From a plasmid: a DNA stretch of 64,000 bases. The first letter of the stretch is position 1; each line of letters starts with the position of its first letter. The notes under the pieces were generated by a model that did no database searches, was not told the DNA's origin, and saw only the letters and a program-made list of their open reading frames with translations. Both the position numbers and the translations under genes were made by a program. Location of the stretch: the sequence record NZ_CP067423.1, one strand, 5' to 3'. Of the stretch, positions 58,885 through 64,000 are shown one piece after another.

Positions 58885-59960
58885 TGGATCAACTCCGAAG
58901 AAGAATTGCCGGATATATTATAGCCTGTATTGAGTTGATGGGGGACATCAACACGGGTCAGTCTGTAACCTGTGGTTTCATCGCAGCCACCGGGCCGGAA
59001 CACCCCGACGATGTCGCGGCCACCACCCGCCCGGCGCCTAATCCAAATGATGCGCTGCAGGGTCTTCATCAGCACGCGACGCTGCGGCACCGGGTCGATG
59101 CCGGCCTGCGCCACCATCTGCTCGATGCGGTCAAAGAAATCGGCCGGGTTGCTTGCGTGCAATGTCACCAACCCGCCGGTATGGCCGGTGTACTGGGCCA
59201 TGATGAAAACCCAGAGCACGCCATCGCGGGCTTCGCCGAGGATGATGCGGTCAGGCCGGCAGCGCAGCGCATCCTTCAGAAGATCCGCCATGTCCAGGCC
59301 GATGCTGGACAGGCGCAGCACGTCGGCCACGCACGGAAACTGCATCTCCGGCGTATCCTCCAGCGTGACCAGACGATCCGGCTGCACCGCCGGATGATTG
59401 GCCATGCTGGTCAGGAGACTGGTCTTGCCGCTGCCGGTCTCGCCGAACACCGCGACTGTCAGCTTGTTCGCCAAGGCCGCGGCGATGCAGTCCATGGTCG
59501 GCAGGCCCTGGCCGATCGTGTCGGTCTCCTCTTGGGCGAAGTGGACCTCGCGACCCGCGATCGGCGCCACGCCGTCGGCGACGTAGTCCCCAAAAGACCG
59601 GATGGTCCTGGGCAGGAAGCGGAGAACCACATAAGGGCCACCCACGGCTCGGGGCGGGATGCCGCCCTGGAACCGGATCTGCCCGGGAAGATCGGCGGCG
59701 AAGCTCAACCGTCCCCTGCCCTCGGCCACGATGCCGGCGAAGCGCGCGGCCAGGGTCACGATCTGCTGGCGCCGGTCAGCATCAAACTGGGTCTCAAGCC
59801 GGCGCTTGCCGACGGAGCCATAGACGAAGGCTCGACCATCCGGGTTGATGGCGATGTCCTCGGTACCGGCCTGCGCTGCCAGGGTCTGGATTTCGGCGCC
59901 CAGAGCATTGTTCAGCAGGCGTTCGGCCTCGCCCCGCTCACGATCGGAAAGCGGGATCAT
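58881..59960 (-). CDS. TrbB/VirB11-like ATPase (second T4SS)
   Basis: 359 aa with a Walker A motif (VFGETGSGKTSLLTSM). Confidence 0.9.
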   Translation of the reverse strand: MIPLSDRERGEAERLLNNALGAEIQTLAAQAGTEDIAINPDGRAFVYGSVGKRRLETQFDADRRQQIVTLAARFAGIVAEGRGRLSFAADLPGQIRFQGGIPPRAVGGPYVVLRFLPRTIRSFGDYVADGVAPIAGREVHFAQEETDTIGQGLPTMDCIAAALANKLTVAVFGETGSGKTSLLTSMANHPAVQPDRLVTLEDTPEMQFPCVADVLRLSSIGLDMADLLKDALRCRPDRIILGEARDGVLWVFIMAQYTGHTGGLVTLHASNPADFFDRIEQMVAQAGIDPVPQRRVLMKTLQRIIWIRRRAGGGRDIVGVFRPGGCDETTGYRLTRVDVPHQLNTGYNISGNSSSELIQ

Positions 59961-60373
59961 TTTGCCGCCTCCATTTTCTGGACGAGATCCTGCACCTGGC
60001 GCACGTGATCGGCCTGGGTGACGGGATGCTGCTCCGGCGGCAGGTAGCGCAGCCGTGTCTCGAAGTTGGCGATTGCCAGCAGGGTGCGGATCTGGTGAGC
60101 CATGCGGTCGATCTGTCCGCGCATCTCGACCAGGGTGGCGGCGACCGCGTCCGACTGATCGGCAGCCGCGTCAACCTTGCCCATGGCGATGTTGATGCAC
60201 TGCTCGACGATGGCGTTGCGCGACCACTTGCCTTGCATCTGCGCCTCGATCCAGGCGTCCTGCTCCTCGGCGAACAGCACCTCCCGGGCCTTCCGGCCGA
60301 CGTAGCGGTTGCCCCTCGGGCGTCGTGCCCGGCGCTCTGCCGCCGTCGCGAGTACATTCGTGTCCATCATCAC
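59957..60373 (-). CDS. Hypothetical protein between the T4CP and trbB (possible transfer regulator)
   Basis: 138 aa, overlap-coupled to its neighbours, lying in the position of trbA/korA-type regulators in IncP-like modules. No motif recognised. Confidence 0.3.
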   Translation of the reverse strand: MMMDTNVLATAAERRARRPRGNRYVGRKAREVLFAEEQDAWIEAQMQGKWSRNAIVEQCINIAMGKVDAAADQSDAVAATLVEMRGQIDRMAHQIRTLLAIANFETRLRYLPPEQHPVTQADHVRQVQDLVQKMEAAK

Positions 60374-60374
60374 C

Positions 60375-61979
60375 TCACATCATCAGCGGAACATCGTCGG
60401 CCGGTATCGGGGTTGGTGTCTGGATGGGCTCGGGCACGGGGTCTGGTTTTGCCGCCGGCTTCACCGGCACCTTGGCCTTGAACCTCTTGTTCTTCTTCTC
60501 CTCGGCCTTCCCGGGCTCAGGTGCTGGACCCCGTACCGACGGTTCCTCGAAGCAAATGGCGTCCCACAGGTTTCGGGCACCCACCTCGAGCGGCAGATCC
60601 AGGAAGGCACCCTTGTCGTCGCGCACCGGCAGGAACTCGACGTCTAGCGGTAACCAGGACCTTGGCGCTGGGTTGACCAGCGAGCGCCAGCTGCTCAGCG
60701 GCGGCCGGCTGACTTTGATCGGCTTGGTGTAGCCGCAGACCAGGACGTCGTCCTCCGACAGCCGCAACACCGCCTCGGTCGGCAGGATCGGCTTGCGCAC
60801 CCGGGACCGTGTCAGCCCGGCGCCCCGGCGCTCGCCGCCGGCGCCGTAACTGGCGTTGTCGGACTCTGCGGTGACCTCGACGAAACCGATCGCCTTCGAC
60901 AGCTTCTCGGCCTCGCCGCTGTCGAACGGGCGCAGGGCGACCAGCCGGCTATTGTTGAAGATCAGCGACTTCTCGCCGTAGATCACCGCCAGAACGCCGT
61001 CGGACTGGGCGCCCAGCATGGCCCGGCAGTGGTAGGAGCGCATGTCGGCCATGGCGCCCTCGATGGCGTCGACCTTGCCGAACCGGTTGAACTCGTCAAG
61101 CGCGAAAAGCATGCAGTGACGCTTCCACCGGGCACCGATCCTGTCCTGGTGCCCCATGATCGCGTTCAGGATCTGTGACGTCATCATGCGGACCAGCGGC
61201 GCCAGCCTGGCCGAGTGCTCCGGCGGCAGATGCAGGTTCAGCAGCACCGGGTTCGGCCCGCACATCAGGTCTTCCGGCGAGAACTCGCACGACGATGTTG
61301 CAGAGTCGACGCACGGGTCGGCGTAGACGTTCAGATAGCTATCTATCGTTGCCAGGATGCTACCGACGTAGCGTTCGTTGTTGTTCTGCCAGATCTTCCG
61401 GGCCGCACTGGCGATCTCCTCGCGGAGGATCGGGTTCGGGTGCTGCTGGCGCATCATCCGGTCGCCGCCCTCCCGGCCGGTGGCGTGGAAGCGCCGCAAG
61501 CCGCCCAGGTTCCGTTCCTTCGGGTCGCCGAAGTTGGCCAGGAACATCATCTCGGCCGTGGCGAGCGCCTTGGCGTTCTCGTCCCAGATCGGCTCTTTTG
61601 CCTGGCTCGTGTCGGTATGCGGGAGCAGGGCAGCGAGGTTCTGGAACCCGGCGATCTGATCCACTCCAGTTCCGACGCGGGCCATGGGATTGTACCTGAC
61701 GCTGTCCGGCAGGGTCGGCGCGAACAGCAGGTTATGCCGCCACCGGCTGGAACCCTGGAGCAGCAGCCAAAAGTCACCCTTGCGGTCATGCACGATGGCG
61801 CTGCCCCGCCAGGTCCGCATCAGCGTCGGCAGGAAGAACGAGGCGGTCTTGCCCGACCCTGTCGGACCGGTAACCCGAACATGCATCTGGTGCCGGTCAA
61901 TCAGCAGGCGCCCGTCTGCCGTCGCTCCGACGGTGATCCCGCCAGGGTCGGCTATCACCGGCCGGTTCTCGAAATCCAT
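60375..61979 (-). CDS. Type IV coupling protein (VirD4/TraG family), nucleotide-binding part
   Basis: Start at MDFENRP with a GAGGGG Shine-Dalgarno sequence. The Walker A motif (VTGPTGSGKTASFFLPT) lies about 35 aa from the start, so the usual N-terminal TM domain is missing from this frame. 534 aa. Confidence 0.8.
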   Translation of the reverse strand: MDFENRPVIADPGGITVGATADGRLLIDRHQMHVRVTGPTGSGKTASFFLPTLMRTWRGSAIVHDRKGDFWLLLQGSSRWRHNLLFAPTLPDSVRYNPMARVGTGVDQIAGFQNLAALLPHTDTSQAKEPIWDENAKALATAEMMFLANFGDPKERNLGGLRRFHATGREGGDRMMRQQHPNPILREEIASAARKIWQNNNERYVGSILATIDSYLNVYADPCVDSATSSCEFSPEDLMCGPNPVLLNLHLPPEHSARLAPLVRMMTSQILNAIMGHQDRIGARWKRHCMLFALDEFNRFGKVDAIEGAMADMRSYHCRAMLGAQSDGVLAVIYGEKSLIFNNSRLVALRPFDSGEAEKLSKAIGFVEVTAESDNASYGAGGERRGAGLTRSRVRKPILPTEAVLRLSEDDVLVCGYTKPIKVSRPPLSSWRSLVNPAPRSWLPLDVEFLPVRDDKGAFLDLPLEVGARNLWDAICFEEPSVRGPAPEPGKAEEKKNKRFKAKVPVKPAAKPDPVPEPIQTPTPIPADDVPLMM

Positions 61980-62230
61980 CTCGAGATTCCCCTCTTCATC
62001 GGTTTGATCAGCCCGAACTGCACCAGGTCGGCCTCGGTTGCCCAGGCCGCCTCGACCTGGTCCTCCGTGCCCCGCATTCGCGGATTGAGCAGCCGGCTGG
62101 TGATCCGGGTGGCGGCGATCTTCACGACCACGACGAGACCGACCATGCCGACCAGCAGCCCCAGCCCGGCCGGAACGAACCACCATTCATGCTGGGCGAC
62201 CTGCGCCCAGACCCACCATTCGCGGATCAC
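61955..62230 (-). CDS. Single-TM segment ORF in alternate frame upstream of the T4CP (possible displaced T4CP N-terminus or separate small membrane protein)
   Basis: The frame encodes ...WWFVPAGLGLLVGMVGLVVVVKIAATRITSRLLNPRMRGTEDQ... and ends 24 nt inside the T4CP start. Only this C-terminal part of ORF 61955..62524 looks protein-like. Confidence 0.3.
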   Translation of the reverse strand: MIREWWVWAQVAQHEWWFVPAGLGLLVGMVGLVVVVKIAATRITSRLLNPRMRGTEDQVEAAWATEADLVQFGLIKPMKRGISRWISRTGR

Positions 62231-63084
62231 TCCAGCCCTCCCTCTCGGCCGTGCGACCGCCCGGCCTGGCGGACCGGCACGCCGGTGTTCGGGTCCAGCC
62301 CCATCTGCTGCCGGCGCTCCTGGACCGCCTTGCACTTCGCGTCCGGGTCGACTCCGCGCTCTGCCCGGTATCCCAGATGCTGGGTCGCAACCTCCCTCGC
62401 CCTGGCCCGGAGGCCATGCGAGACGTACCCACTCGACAGGCGTAAATTCCTGTCTTCCACCCTGGCCCGCATCACCACGTGAGTGTGCGGATGGTCGGTG
62501 TCCCAGTGCTGGACGGCCATCCATTCGAGCTTCACGCCGCGCCGCTGTTCGTCCTCGGTCAGCAGATCCTTTTCCACCTTGCCCATGACCTCGCGGGTGT
62601 AGGCCTCCAGGTCGAGCCGGTGTCCTTCCTCCGGGGAGAGGATGAATTTGTAGTACCTGTTGTCCTCGCCCCAGCCATGGACCTGGGCAAACATCTCATC
62701 CCGGGTCGCCGGATTGCCGTCTTGGTCGATCCCCTTCAGTTCGCCCTCGCGGGTGATGTACCTGATGTTGTCCCGAAGCGACCGTTTGAACGCGGGCTGC
62801 CCGTTGTGCGCCGCCCGGTACTTCACCTTGACCATGACCCGCTGCGCGAACCGCCCAGGCTTGACGGTCCACCGACCGCGCACCGTGACGCCCGTCGCCG
62901 GCATCGGCACCCGGCGCACCGCCTGGGCCTCTGGCGTCTTGTGATGGCGCACAGGTCGTAGTTGCAGCCCGGCCGGGCGGCCCAGCGTCACCGGAGCTCG
63001 CATCAGCGGCGCCTCGGCAACCGGCGCCGCCTCCTCGATCCGATCCCGTCCATTCACTCCCTCCCCGAGAATGATATACATCAT
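62227..63084 (-). CDS. Relaxase domain protein (MOBP/VirD2-TraI(IncP)-like), short
   Basis: A candidate motif I tyrosine region (VMVKVKYRAAH / IRYITREGE) and the three-His motif III HWDTDHPHTHVVM are present. The true start is probably internal (an MRAPV or MPATG start). Confidence 0.6.
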   Translation of the reverse strand: MMYIILGEGVNGRDRIEEAAPVAEAPLMRAPVTLGRPAGLQLRPVRHHKTPEAQAVRRVPMPATGVTVRGRWTVKPGRFAQRVMVKVKYRAAHNGQPAFKRSLRDNIRYITREGELKGIDQDGNPATRDEMFAQVHGWGEDNRYYKFILSPEEGHRLDLEAYTREVMGKVEKDLLTEDEQRRGVKLEWMAVQHWDTDHPHTHVVMRARVEDRNLRLSSGYVSHGLRARAREVATQHLGYRAERGVDPDAKCKAVQERRQQMGLDPNTGVPVRQAGRSHGREGGLE

Positions 63085-64000
63085 ATCCCAATTTCACGGC
63101 AGAACGAAGCCCGGTACAGACCGGAGCACGACCCGGAACATCTCCGGATGTCCGGAGCAGCAGATCCGGCGCAGGATTGCGTAGAAGATCAAAGGTTTAT
63201 CATGGCTCCCGTAGGGAGTTATCTTGCACCCCCGCTTCGCACCCCTGATCCGGCGTTGCCCGGTCCCCTTTCGACCAGAGGGCCTAAAGATGTCACAGGG
63301 CGCCTATGGCTGTGCGATCGGTAATCCAGGGCCGGAAGAGCTGTCTCGTCGCAGGAAGCGCCCTCCACTGCGAGAGGGGCCACTGAGCTCCCGACGCCGA
63401 ACTCATGGACAATTATGAGTAGCGGGAAACTTCCGTCAGAATGGCTGAGGTCCCGCGTGTCGGATTTGCCGGAGCGATGATGTACGCTGCGGCCGCTGTG
63501 GCTGTCCGGCGTTTTACGATTTGGAGAGAGTTGCTCGACGTCGCTTGCAGGAGAACTTGCCGGCGTTTCTCTGGAGCACCTTGCGGATTTAACATTACCA
63601 GCAGTCGATACTGAGTATAATTAACATTACCGCATTGTGCTGAACTCTCACATCTATAGGCAGGGTCATTCACATCAGCATGTCTATCGATATCACTGGG
63701 GCAGATTGCCAGCCGACGGACCCTGTTCAAGCTTCAGCCATACTATGTAGCGTGGTATGTAGAAAAGGCTCGAAGTTGGGATTGTTGGGCCGGTGAATCC
63801 GTAGAGCTTACAGCTCGGAGGCCTTGCATGTGTTGATTGATGTAATCGACCTTGCCCATCTGATGATGCCGGTCCTGCGTCAGATGAACAGCACCGACAG
63901 GCAGAAAGCTGCCGACGACAAGGATCATAATCCTGATTACGCTGAACAGGCATGGTTTTGGGTGGGGCCGATACTCGTCAGTTTCAGCAAGCCAACCACG

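Noticed and set aside
61980-62186. N-terminal 69-aa extension of the T4CP ORF (MVVRSGRAGAAGRHGRSRRG...)
   Set aside because: It is pure Arg/Gly low complexity with no TM helix. The start at MDFENRP has a good Shine-Dalgarno sequence. The biologically meaningful hydrophobic segment is in the other frame.
63831-64000. Possible plus-strand partial ORF (GTG start; VLIDVIDLAHLMMPVLRQMNSTDRQ...) running off the window end
   Set aside because: It is too short (56 codons) with no motif, so coding potential cannot be assessed.

Overview
This 64-kb window reads as a mosaic rhizobial/agrobacterial conjugative plasmid segment. Most calls rest on my own reading of the translated ORFs for family-level motifs and on synteny, not on database searches.

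- **1-1230:** the 3' part of a minus-strand gene encoding an HTH (excisionase-type) + DEAD/DEAH helicase, running off the window start.
- **1.7-10.3 kb:** a Ti/pNGR234a-type Dtr module: traG-traD-traC, oriT, then traA-traF-traB-traH, followed by a thermonuclease gene translationally coupled to traH.
- **10.4-23.4 kb:** a 13-kb minus-strand accessory (defence-like) island lying between tra and trb. It holds (i) a four-gene cassette: DUF499 ATPase, DUF3780-like protein, DUF1156 N6-adenine methyltransferase, and a PLD-nuclease/SNF2-helicase fusion (a BREX/DISARM-like DNA-modification defence candidate). (ii) An orphan ribbon-helix-helix gene. (iii) An uncharacterised four-gene operon: wHTH + STAS-like protein, a 115-aa protein, a 390-aa Cys-rich protein, and a GHKL (RsbW-like) ATPase/kinase. 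This operon is my best candidate for the previously undescribed system.
- **24.0-35.0 kb:** a complete quorum-type traI-trbBCDEJKLFGHI operon on the minus strand.
- **35.0-42.1 kb:** a divergent LuxR/TraR-like regulator with a lux-type palindrome, a class II Fic protein, a WGR protein, and the repABC replicon.
- **42.4-44.3 kb:** an intact IS5-family element inserted into an IS110-family transposase gene.
- **44.4-47.1 kb:** a second replicon module: a ParA-family ATPase with a partner gene, a 16-bp iteron array and an RPA-family repA.
- **47.5-48.8 kb:** an IS4-family transposase remnant, then two inverted ~60-bp hairpin repeats flanking 340 bp of highly structured DNA.
- **49.4-63.1 kb:** a second, higher-GC, P-type/Tn4371-like conjugation module on the minus strand: relaxase, T4CP (VirD4), and trbB-C-D-E-J-L-F-G-I homologues with no trbH. 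It has two oddities. The TrbJ/VirB5 homologue is fused to a parallel beta-helix domain, and the T4CP's N-terminal transmembrane segment lies in a different reading frame.

No CRISPR arrays, rRNA or tRNA genes were seen.
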